DNA of 11,772 nt from Octopus sinensis (taxonomy: Eukaryota): assembly GCF_006345805.1 (NCBI RefSeq), contig NW_021826907.1, forward strand, positions 1 through 11,772, read 5' to 3'. The position numbers and the translations under genes are program-made. Positions 1-8,580 of the stretch are shown piece after piece (position 1 is the stretch's first letter; the number at the start of each line of letters is the position of its first letter). The notes under the pieces are model-generated. The model was not told the DNA's origin. It saw only the letters and a program-made list of their open reading frames with translations, and searched no databases.

Positions 1-42
1 TCTCTGGTCTACATGGAAATTATCTTCCCTCTTAATGCTTTT

Positions 43-60
43 CATACACACACACACACA

Positions 61-110
<50 letters not shown>

Positions 111-436
111 TACATACATACATGCATACATACATACATACATACATACATACATACATACATACATACATGCATACATACATACATACATACATACATA
201 CATGCATACATACATACATACATACATACATACATAGAGACATACATACATACATACATACATACATGCATACAAACATTCATACATACATACATACATA
301 CATACATACATACAAACATTCATACATACATACATACATACATACATACATACATAGAGACATACATACATACATACATACATACATGCATACATACATA
401 CATACATACATACATACATACATACATACATACATA
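43..436. repeat. Compound microsatellite: (CA)n then (TACA)n with variant units
   Basis: Directly visible: CA run at about 46-106, then a TACA run with CATG, TAGAGA and AAACATT variants. It explains the HT/YIHT/VCMY ORFs. Confidence 0.98.
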
Positions 437-749
437 GGAGCACTCCGTCGGTTACGACGACGAGGGTCCCAGCTGATACGACCAGCGGAACAGCCTGCTC
501 GTGAAATGAACGTGCAAGTGACTGAGCAATCCACAGACACGTGTACCCCTAACATAGTTCTCGGGGATATTCAGTGTGACAAGGCCGGCCCTTTGAAATA
601 CAGCTACAACTCATTTTTGCCAACTGAGTCGACTGAGGCAACGGGAAATAAAGTGTCTTGCTCAAGGACACAACGCGTCGCCGGGAATCGAACTCATGAC
701 CTTACAATCGTTAGCCGAATGCCCTAACCACTAAGCCACGCGCCTTCAC
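437..749 (-). mobile_element. tRNA-derived CORE-like SINE, family A, copy 1
   Basis: The minus strand begins GTGAAGGCGCGTGGCTTAGTGGTTAGGG (A box), then GAGTTCGATTCC (B box), then a CORE-like TGTGTCCTTGAGCAAGACACTT. It is near-identical to 4431-4760 and 10135-10465. ACATACATACATA flanks both sides. It lacks 12 bp between two GTGACA repeats present in copy 2. Confidence 0.92.
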
Positions 750-764
750 GACATACATACATAT

Positions 765-1003
765 GTTAATGATTTGACTGTTTCCCCTGTATCTGACAAG
801 GAATGTTAAAGGTATCTGGGAGTGGATGAAAATATAGCTTACAATGGGCACCTGTAACAAAATACGTATCACTAAAGAACATTACAAGCGAATAAAGAAA
901 ATTTGGACCCCAGAACTCTCTGCATTCAATAAAACAGTGGCTCACAATGTGCTTGCAATGGCAGTAATTCATACCAACATTTCGGCTGCTTGATTGGACG
1001 CTT
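765..1003 (+). mobile_element. Decayed R4/Dong-like non-LTR retrotransposon RT C-terminal/thumb fragment
   Basis: Manual translation across one stop and two frameshifts: VNDLTVSPVSDKEC*RYLGVDENIAYNG / NKIRITKEHYKRIKKIWTPELSAFNKTVAHNVLAMAV / IPTFRLLDWT. This matches the Y(K/R)YLG...KEY..R..KIW.SELS..NK..A.N....P......W pattern of R4-clade RTs. It is absent from the ORF track. Confidence 0.75.
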
Positions 1004-1004
1004 C

Positions 1005-1032
1005 ATTATTATTATTATTATTATTATTATTA
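1005..1032. repeat. (ATT)n / (TAA)n microsatellite
   Basis: Directly visible; abuts the poly(T) at 1034-1046. Confidence 0.95.
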
Positions 1033-1033
1033 C

Positions 1034-1415
1034 TTTTTTTTTTTTTCTTCTTTCAAATTTTCTTCCATTTCTTGCCGAGTGTCTTCCCGACTCCTAGGGC
1101 TAAGAAACTCATAGTGTATATTGGTAGGCATTAACCAAACTCAGTAGTTCGTTTCATTTTTTTTTTTTTTTTTTTTTTTAAAGTTAAATTAAAAACATGA
1201 GCAGCAACAGTTCTCACATCGACAATGCTCTTCTCAATACGTGTGATGTACCAGTTAAGACAATCTTTTGCACTTCTTGCAGGGATGGTAAGCCAGGGAT
1301 CATCTCCTTAATTTTCGGTTCCCTTCTTGATCATTCCTAGTGCTCCTACGATCACTGGTATTGTAACCGCCTTGAGATGCCACATTTTCTCAATTTCAAT
1401 GAGTAGGTCTTTATA
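1034..1415 (-). mobile_element. 5'-truncated R4/Dong-like non-LTR retrotransposon 3' end (restriction-like endonuclease C-terminus, 3' UTR, poly(A))
   Basis: Minus strand 1415->1214 reads YKDLLIEIEKMWHLKAVTIPVIVGALGMIKKGTEN /frameshift/ EMIPGLPSLQEVQKIVLTGTSHVLRRALSM*. This is the typical KY..L..E....W......P.V.GALG...QK..L.GT..ILR terminus. A UTR, poly(A) and (TAA)n follow. Confidence 0.88.
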
Positions 1416-1416
1416 T

Positions 1417-1483
1417 ATTATTATTATTATTATTATTAATTATTATTATTATTATTATTATTACTATTATTATTATTATTATT
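1417..1483. repeat. (ATT)n microsatellite
   Basis: Directly visible, between two R4/Dong-like fragments. Confidence 0.95.
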
Positions 1484-1705
1484 CAGTAGTTTTATTTTCT
1501 AAGCGTGCTTTCACTTCACTACCGAGCGCAGCTCTGTGTGCCTTAGGTATGTGCTGTGATTTGTTGTGATGCTCTGATGGTTATTGTATGGAAAGTGTTC
1601 TGCGTAGGATGTGTGCAGTGCCTAGTAGTGCAATTTTCTGTATGTTATATGTGTTTGTAAGTCCTGGTGTTTTTGTTATGTATTTGTCTGGATATTTTTT
1701 TATCA

Positions 1706-1706
<1 letters not shown>
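1484..1706 (-). mobile_element. Second, distinct R4/Dong-like 3' end fragment
   Basis: Minus strand 1706->1581 reads MIKKYPDKYITKTPGLTNTYNIQKIALLGTAHILRRTLSIQ*, homologous to the terminus at 1214-1330. A different 3' UTR of about 100 nt runs into (TAA)n. Confidence 0.85.

Positions 1707-1708
<2 letters not shown>

Positions 1709-1755
<47 letters not shown>
1709..1755. repeat. (ATT)n microsatellite
   Basis: Directly visible. Confidence 0.95.
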
Positions 1756-2281
1756 GAGTGAGAGAGCAGTGCATGCCATCAAAGTGACACTGGGGTATAA
1801 ATATACGAAGCCCAGTATACCCATCACCACTACCCGTCTCATAAGGGTACATCAAGTACATGCATCACAGCCATATGTGCGCGACTAGGTGATCTCATAT
1901 AAAGATAAACAGCACATGACCTTGCAGGTGGGGCCCAGTTAGAATTTTCTTCTGGTCGAGTAGCCCATCCCGCTCAAAAGGTCCCTGAATAAAGGTTGTT
2001 TAAGGATGTTGAACAAACCACCAATGTTTCCAGAGGTGAATCATTCAAAACCCAAAGAATTCCTCTCAACGCATGGCTATGATGCTCCCCCACTATCGTC
2101 AGCCACTAAGGGACATGCTCAACTGATTAAGGTCAAACAACTGACAAGCAAATCTGTGGTATTGAGCAGAATATTTACTGAAGCCCATCTTTTATACCAA
2201 GACAAAAAATGTACATGATAACACTTCCAATCAGTTAAGATCAGAAGCCATGAGAGCCACTGCCTGGTACTGCATCAGGGC

Positions 2282-2283
<2 letters not shown>
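1756..2283. mobile_element. Unclassified non-coding insertion bounded by (ATT)n; candidate non-autonomous TAA-targeting retroelement
   Basis: Complex 528-bp sequence with sharp (ATT)n borders on both sides, like its R4/Dong neighbours. It has no recognisable ORF and no clear A/B box pair. The class is inferred from context only. Confidence 0.5.
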
Positions 2284-2341
<58 letters not shown>

Positions 2342-2364
2342 TATCATCATCATCATCATCATTA
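2284..2364. repeat. (ATT)n grading into (ATC)n microsatellite
   Basis: Directly visible. Confidence 0.95.
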
Positions 2365-2365
2365 T

Positions 2366-2600
2366 AAGGCGGCGAGCTGGCAGAAACATTAGCACGCCGG
2401 GCGAAACGTTTAGCGGTATTTCGTCTGCTGTTACGTTCTGAGTTCAAATCCCGCCGAGGTCGACTTTGCCTTTCATCCTTTCAGGGGTCGATTAAATAAG
2501 TACCAGTTACGCAGTGGAGTCGATATAATCGTCTTAATCCCTTTGTCTTTTCTTATTTGTCCCCTCTGTGTGTAGCCCCTTGTAGGCAGTAAAGAAAAAA
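2366..2600 (+). mobile_element. tRNA-derived SINE, family B, copy 1
   Basis: Head AAGGCGGCGAGCTGGCAGAAAC, B box GAGTTCAAATCC, central GTCGACTTTGCCTTTCATCCTTTC..GGGGTCGAT.AAATAAGTACCAG (resembles the Meta-type conserved SINE domain, from memory), and an A-rich tail. Near-identical to 7441-7661. Confidence 0.9.
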
Positions 2601-2802
2601 GTAAAAAAGATGTACATTAATGTAATCCGAGCAGTGGGGGGGGGGCAGGTGGGGTGCAATAAGGATATAATTAGAAAAAAACAAAACACATACACGCAAG
2701 GAGGGTTAGTTGTTTAGAGACGCCATCCACACAAACATCGTTAAGTAGGAATGTATATCCTGAATGCATGATATAAGTGATTGCTGGTGAAGTTTATGAC
2801 TA

Positions 2803-2940
2803 GTTTCTTACATAGGCACAAAGCCAGAACTTAGATAGGGAGATGGTATAGTCGATTAAACTGACTTCAGTTTTTAATAGATTTTGGAAGGATTAAGTGA
2901 AAGCTGAGTTGAGTAAAATTTGAGCTCAGTGCGTAAAATG
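2803..2940 (-). mobile_element. Old, diverged family B SINE (alternative-tail type)
   Basis: AGGCACAAAGCCAGAA..AGTCGATTAAACTGAC..GAAGGATTAAGTGAAAGCTGAG..AATTTGAGCTCAGTGCGTAAA is colinear with 7690-7827 (AGGCACAAGGCCGGAA..AGTCGATTAGATCGAC..AAAGGATGAAAGGCAAAGTCGAC..AATTTGAACTCAGAACGTAAA). Confidence 0.65.
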
Positions 2941-2974
2941 CGGCAAGTAGTGCCCTAAAACACTCCAACACAGT

Positions 2975-3700
2975 CGGGGTGCATATCGCCCCTAAGGATC
3001 CATATAAGATATTTGGGGGTCAACGTAACAAAATCGTAAATTGGGCACCCATAATAGTATTTTAAGGGCCCCTGGAAATTTTTGCTTTAGATGTAAGTAG
3101 TGACACGTATTGTAAGAAACAGCATGATGTCCTTCTCCAGGGATTTTCTCCGCATAATATGACCGAAATATGCCAATCTATGCTTGGTGATCCTAGCTTC
3201 TAGCGACATTTTCGGCCTGATCTGCTTAAGAACTTCTCCATTGATGAGCCTCGCTGTCCATGGAATCTGTAAAAGTCTTCTCCCACACCAAAGCTCGAAT
3301 GCATTAATTCTCTTCTGGTCAGCTTTCTTTAGTGTCCAGGTCTCGCATCCATATGTTGCTATTGGGAAGACAATTGCATTCACCAATCTGCATTTGGTAG
3401 CGAGTCTGATGTCTCTACTCTTCCAGACCCTGCTCATGCTGACCATTGCCTCTCTGCCTAGTACTATCCGCCATCTTATTTCTGGAGTGCAGTCACCATC
3501 TCGATTTATTTTGGAGCCAAGGAAGATGAAATCATCAACCACTTCGATCTCTTCATTATCGATCTTGATGCTGATGTTTGTTGTGGCTGCTGTTGACATG
3601 ATCTTCGTTTTCTTAACATTGAGGTACAGCCCAAATGTAGGCCCACCAAACTAAAATTGCAAACAAAGGGGTCCATAGATAAAAATGATTGAGAGCCCCT
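2975..3700. mobile_element. Decayed hAT-like non-autonomous DNA transposon (MITE) interrupted by an RTE fragment
   Basis: The right end GATTGAGAGCCCCT (3687-3700) resembles the hAT/Charlie TIR CAGGGGTTCTCAAC in reverse complement. GG(G/A)TCCATA and GGGGTC subterminal motifs recur in both 2975-3120 and 3636-3700. The left TIR is not clearly preserved. Confidence 0.55.
3121..3635 (-). mobile_element. RTE-clade (BovB-like) LINE internal fragment, RT C-terminus
   Basis: Uninterrupted frame FGLYLNVKKTKIMS...EVVDDFIFLGSKI..DGDC..EI..RI.LGR...VFPIATYGCETWTLKKAD..RINAFELWC.RRLLQIPWTAR...LAYFGHIMRRKSLEKDIML, a hallmark RTE sequence. It is truncated at both ends. Confidence 0.93.
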
Positions 3701-3956
3701 TCTTTAATAATTCTGTCAAGCGGCTAGCCTGAAATAATTGAAAAACTATCAATGATTAAGATTTTGTCCTTCTCTTCAAACTTTTACTTCTAATTAGAAT
3801 TTTGATGTCCGCGGTGTTATGGTCATTTACATTACTAAATGGTTGTTTACGTAAGCAATTACGTTTCGAATCTGGCCTTATATTCTGATATGGGATTGGG
3901 AGATAAAATCGTGACTGCATAAGATAATAGGCTGAATTACTTCATTTAGTGTGTAC

Positions 3957-4428
3957 CGTGTGTGTGTGTGTGTGTATGTGTGTGTGTGTGTGTGTGAGTG
4001 AGAAAGAGAGAGAGAGTGAGAGAGAGAGAGATAGAGAGACGGTGTATCTGTTTTATATTTGGGCGTTTACGGCTATTTACCGTCTCAGTGAGTTTGTGCG
4101 CATGTGCGTGCGCGCTCGGGTGTACATGCCGAAACGTAGATATATCTGGATGTACGTGCGTGTATGCATCAGTGTTGGTATGTCGGGTATGTGCTGTGTG
4201 TGAGTGTGTATGTCCGTATACGGTTGAGCTGACATGTGGATGGGTGCGTTTACATGCGTGATTGTACATCTGTGTGTGTACGTATATGTACGTGTACGTA
4301 TTTGCGAATGTGGGCATATAGGTATGTGTCTATGTGGGTGAGTATGCGCATGTAGATGCGTTTGAATGTACGCACATGTAGATGTGTGGCTGAGATTACA
4401 CATGACACAAACGCTTGTGTGTGTGTGA
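3957..4428. repeat. (TG)n and (AG)n microsatellites followed by a degenerate alternating purine-pyrimidine tract
   Basis: TG at about 3957-3996 and AG at about 3997-4039, then decayed TG/TA/CG dinucleotides at about 4090-4428. Confidence 0.85.
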
Positions 4429-4430
4429 AT

Positions 4431-4760
4431 CCTTTTAAAGACTCCGCCGGTTACGACGACGAGGGTCCCAGCTGATACGATCAACGGAACAGCTTGCTCG
4501 TGAAATTAACGTGCAAATGGCTGAGCATTCCACAGACACGTGTACCCTTAACGTAGTTCTCGGGGATAATCAGCGTGACACAGAGAGTGACAAGGCTGAC
4601 CCTTTGAAATACAAGTACAACTCATGTTTGCCAGCTGAGTGGACTGGAGCAACGTGAAATAAAGTGTCTTGCTCAAGGACACAACGCGTCGCCGGGAATC
4701 GAACTCACAACCTTACGATCGTGAGCCGAATGCCCAAACCAATAAGCCACGCGCCTTCAC
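4431..4760 (-). mobile_element. SINE family A, copy 2, with 10-bp TSD
   Basis: Same sequence as 437-749. Perfect flanking direct repeat GTGTGTGAAT at 4421-4430 and 4761-4770. Confidence 0.93.
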
Positions 4761-4859
4761 GTGTGTGAATACGATGATGTAAAATACGCAGACATCGGAA
4801 AATAAATTAGATTTCAATACAATGTATTTATTAGACCAGCCCCGTTCTGCCTCGCAGCT

Positions 4860-5527
4860 AAATAGCGATGCCCTCTTCATCTACCACTACCCTTCTAGAT
4901 GATGAGCGCACCCAACACCCCAGTCGCTTCGTGTGTGGGCTGCAGAAATACCGCTGTGGAGCGGTAGTAGACGAATTCGGCTGGCACCCGTTATCCTGTT
5001 GCCTTAGCGCGGGGCTGATTCCCCCGACACGCCGCTCTGAACGACATAATCAGAAGGGGCCTTGACGCGGCTGGCTTCCCGTCTCAACTTGAGCGAGCAG
5101 GTCTTGACCTCGGGTACAGTAAGCACCCTGACGGAATAACCCTCTTTCTGTTCGATGGAAACAGATCTCTAGTCTGGGATGCGACGTGCAGCGACACATT
5201 TTCCGGTTCCAGCCCTGCAGCATCGGCTGCATGCCCGAGTGTCCCCACCCCCCGCCGTAACGCAGAGGAGAGAAAAATCAAGAAATACAGGTGCCTGGTG
5301 AGGCCTGGCCGGCTGCTGTCAATTTGTACCGGTCGCTGTCAAGACGTCAGGTGTTCTCGGACCCCCATACTACCAATTTCCTCCGCAAAATAGGGACAAC
5401 AACGGCCCGTCGGAGAAACGAGCCCCGCGAGGAGTAATAGCTGTTACAGCGAGTGTCACTAGCCATTCTCTGCGTCATCGCGATCGTTATCGCAGAGAGT
5501 GTCCGGTATGCGATGTGCTGGGGGTAG
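4860..5527 (+). mobile_element. Decayed CRE-clade-like non-LTR retrotransposon 3' region (CCHC knuckle plus PD-(D/E)xK restriction-like endonuclease)
   Basis: GC-rich island. Translation across frameshifts: YRCGAVVDEFGWHPLSCCLSAG / PRHAALNDIIRRGLDAAGFPSQLERAGLDLGYSKHPDGITLFLFDGNRSLVWDATCSDTF...AEERKIKKYRCL / FVPVAVKTSGVLGPHTTNFLRKIG...EPREE**LLQRVSLAI. A T-rich putative UTR follows to about 5640. Confidence 0.85.
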
Positions 5528-5713
5528 GCGGAATTTCTCCCTTCCTCCTTCATCACCTGCTGCCTTACTCCCCCTTTTTTTCTTTTGTTTCTTTTCCTCT
5601 CTTATCTTTCTGGTTTTCCTATTTCATTGTATTTAAACGTTAGAAATGAACGTTTCTAAAGCTCTGTTGAGTGGACGATTTATTACCTTCGCTTGTTTAC
5701 GTTTTACTTCTTG

Positions 5714-5855
5714 CTCTGTCTCTTCTTTCTCTCTCTTTCTCTCTCTCCCCCTCTGTCTGTCTGTCTGCCTCTCTCTCTCTCTCTTTCTCTCTCTGTCTCT
5801 CTCTCTCTGTCTCTGTCTGTCGTCTCTCTCTCTCTCTGTCTCTCTCTCTCTCTCT
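5714..5855. repeat. (CT)n/(CTGT)n polypyrimidine microsatellite
   Basis: Directly visible; explains the ERER/SLSL ORFs. Confidence 0.95.
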
Positions 5856-5982
5856 TGTAACACTGAGAATAAGAATAACTGAATCGATAGCTCACAAGCA
5901 CCACACTTGGTGTTCAATAATTCGTATTCTGTTAGTAGTGCTGCAATCAAAATTATTCTATTTTATTTTATTGGAATAGCTA

Positions 5983-6337
5983 TGGAGGCGCATGGTTCGG
6001 CGGTTTGAGTGTCGGACTCACAATCATGAGGCACTGAGTTCGAATCTCGGACCGGGCTGTGTGTTGCGTTCTTGAGCAAGACACAATTTATTTCACGTTG
6101 CTCCAGTTCACTCATCTGTAGAAATGAGTTGTGACTTCACGGGTGCCAAGCTGTATCGGCCCCTTTGCTTTTCCCTTGGATAACATTAGTGGCGTGGAGA
6201 GGGGAGGCCGGTATCCATGGACAACGTCTGTTTTTCCATAAACAACCTTGCCCGGTCCTGTGCCGTGGAGGGGAACTCTCTAGCTGCAATCCCATGGTCA
6301 TTCATAGCCGAAGGCGGTCTTCATCATTTACCCTTTA
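5983..6337 (+). mobile_element. tRNA-derived CORE-like SINE, family C (head shared with family A, different body)
   Basis: TGGAGGCGCATGGTTCGGCGGTT (degenerate A box), GAGTTCGAATCT (B box), then TTCTTGAGCAAGACAC..TTTATTTCACGTTGCTCCAGTTCACTCA, matching the reverse complement of 4635-4680. It diverges from family A after about 6135. Confidence 0.82.
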
Positions 6338-6549
6338 TTAACTTTGAGAAAAGGACTTTGTTCATGGCCGATACCATCAACTAGACTGCAATGTGTGTCT
6401 GTGTTCTGTGACAGACAGAACCCAACGGGCGAGCCGCTGAGCTGTCTGTTGACGCGTAGGAAATAGCAGCCAAACTCCATTGGATCGCACCGCCTACTGT
6501 CATACCATGACAATCTCTACCGAAGATGATACGACGATCACCGCGATCA

Positions 6550-6825
6550 TCCACCGCGACCATCGCCACCACCACCACCACCACCACTATCATCGCCACC
6601 ACCGTCACCAATAAACACCACAACAACACCATCATCATCACCATCATTATTGCCACCACCTTCATTACCATCACAACTGCTGTCATAGCTTCTGACATCA
6701 CTACTTTGATCACTATCACCATTATAATCATAGTCTTACTGCCATCATCATCACCACCGCCGCCGCCACCACCGCCACAATAACCATAACTACCACAACC
6801 ACCACAACCACCACCCCAACCACTA
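6550..6825. repeat. Degenerate (CAC/CAT/CAA)n trinucleotide low-complexity tract
   Basis: Directly visible; explains the poly-T/I/P and V/M ORFs. Confidence 0.9.
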
Positions 6826-7440
6826 TCGTAGCTAACTGGTTTCGAGGAGCAGAGGCCATTATAGTAGTGGCAGAGTCAGTCCTATGTCAAGCAGTGATTG
6901 CAGGGTTTTCAACGAATGGTTTTTATATTTCATAGAGCAGAATATTTCATTGGCAGAAATTGTAGGAGGTGAAAGAACAAATCGCTATGCATTACCAAAC
7001 TAAAATAGTTTTCAAATTTTTAAACTTGCCCAACCCCATGCCAAAGAAAGAGGAATTCTATGGATGTAAACCTTAATCTGCCTTCTCATTAACAAAGAAG
7101 AGAGGAAGATTTGGGGTAGGGAGTTCGCTGGTATTTGTTAGCTTGAGAACGACTGGTGTTTATCTGAGGGCTGCACTACAGGTCATCTGTGGGTCTTAAT
7201 TGGGCTTTGCAGAAAGTCATCAACCAATTATTGATATAGTAATTTCTAGTCCTGACGTGGACGTCTTAAATCTAGAGACATAGATTTACATAATGTTATG
7301 AAGGTAACATTGCCGAAAGAAGCCAACAGAAATTGTTGCGATTTCGAGGGTTTTATGGTGTTCGAAGACAACATGATTAAAGAGAGGCCGAGGTAGAGGG
7401 TAATTTCTCTCGTCTTTCATACGAATATACAAAGATTATT

Positions 7441-7661
7441 CTGGCAGAATCGTTAGCACGCCGGACGAAATGGTTAGCGGTATTTCGTCTGCTGTTACGT
7501 TCCGAGTTCAAATTCCGCCGAGGTCGACTTTGCTTTTCATCCTTTCGGGGTCGATAAATTAAGTACCAGTTACGCACTGGGGTCGATGTAATCGACTTAA
7601 TCCGTTTGTCTCTCCTTGTTTGTCCCCTCTGTGTTTAGCCCCTTGTGGATAGTAAAGAAAT
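7441..7661 (+). mobile_element. SINE family B, copy 2 (slightly 5'-truncated), with TSD
   Basis: Near-identical to 2377-2597. Flanking direct repeat ATATACAAAGATTATTCT at 7425-7442 and 7662-7679, with the last 2 nt overlapping the element start. Confidence 0.93.
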
Positions 7662-7677
7662 ATATACAAAGATTATT

Positions 7678-7891
7678 CTTTTCTACTCAAGGCACAAGGC
7701 CGGAAATTTTTGGGGAGGGAGCCAGTCGATTAGATCGACCCCAGTTCGCAACTAGTATTTGATTTATCGACCCCGAAAGGATGAAAGGCAAAGTCGACCT
7801 CGGCGGAATTTGAACTCAGAACGTAAAGACAGACGAAATACAGCTAAGCATTTCGCACGGCGTGCTAACGTTTCTGCCAGCTCGCCGCCTT
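7678..7891 (-). mobile_element. SINE family B, alternative-tail subfamily, inverted relative to 7441-7661
   Basis: The reverse complement starts AAGGCGGCGAGCTGGCAGAAACGTTAGCACG and has the same B box and central domain, but ends ...TCCCCAAAAATTTCCGGCCTTGTGCCTTGAGTAGAAAAG. AAAGATTATT flanks it at 7668-7677 and 7900-7909. Confidence 0.92.
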
Positions 7892-8334
7892 ATAACAATA
7901 AAGATTATTGTGATCGACAAATATTGCATAACATTTTACTGTTCTTGTAGTAATATGATTAATCTTTCAATGAAACTGACAAAGACGATAAAAGGTAATT
8001 CGAGTTGAAGGGAGAACTATTCGGTTCAATGGCTTGTCGGTGTTTGATTCGTTTGGTCGGTGTCAAATATTCATAGATGAATGCAATGGAATGGTGGTGA
8101 TGTGAGATGAACTAGTTTCGTGGAACAAGAGATCATTATAGTAGCTACAAAAGAAGTAGAAAAAAAAAATAAAGACACAGCTCAATTGCGACCTGAAACC
8201 TGGAGTGCACTGGTGGGTGACCTCACGTTAATTAGTCTGGTGGTTGTTAGGTGTTTCACTCTCCCATACATACAGACAGACAGACAGACGAAATAGAATT
8301 AAAAAACAAAATTTGGATACATTTAAAATTTTTC

Positions 8335-8494
8335 GTGGCTGTGTGGTAAGTAGCTTGCTAACCGACCACATGGTTCTGGGTTCAGTCCCATTGCGTGACA
8401 CCTTGGGCAAGTGTCTTCCACTATAGCCTCGGGACGGCCAAAGCCTTGTGAGTGGATTGGTAGTCGAAAACTGAAAGAGCCCGTCGTATATATG

Positions 8495-8580
<86 letters not shown>

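Noticed and set aside
13-727. Long ORFs (up to 230 aa) with HT/YIHT/VCMY repeats
   Set aside because: They are translations of stop-free CA/TACA microsatellite plus antisense SINE. The same applies to ORFs at 3946-4484, 5633-5979, 6381-6783, 8323-8625 and 9245-9577.
674-749. tRNA gene (also at about 4685-4760, 5983-6055 and 10390-10465)
   Set aside because: A/B boxes are present, but the acceptor stem is incomplete and each runs straight into a repeated SINE body, so these are SINE heads.
1765-1825. HDV-like ribozyme on the minus strand of the 528-bp module
   Set aside because: P1-like and P4-like helices can be drawn, but I could not form P3, P1.1 or P2 in the required nested double-pseudoknot order.
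1005-2364. CRISPR-like repeat-spacer array
   Set aside because: The repeats are variable-length ATT microsatellites, the spacers are 220-530 bp retroelement pieces, there are no cas genes, and the context is eukaryotic.
3184-3654. 156-aa plus-strand ORF
   Set aside because: Antisense shadow of the RTE reading frame, with no independent protein features.
6345-6525. Possible additional old SINE fragment (GAAATAGCAGCCAAA...CCTACTGTC)
   Set aside because: There is no second copy in the window and no A/B boxes, so it cannot be supported without a database search.
7245-7290. Second hammerhead (CTGACGTGGA...TCTAGAGAC)
   Set aside because: The core deviates from CUGANGA and GAAA and the stems are unconvincing; at best a decayed relic.
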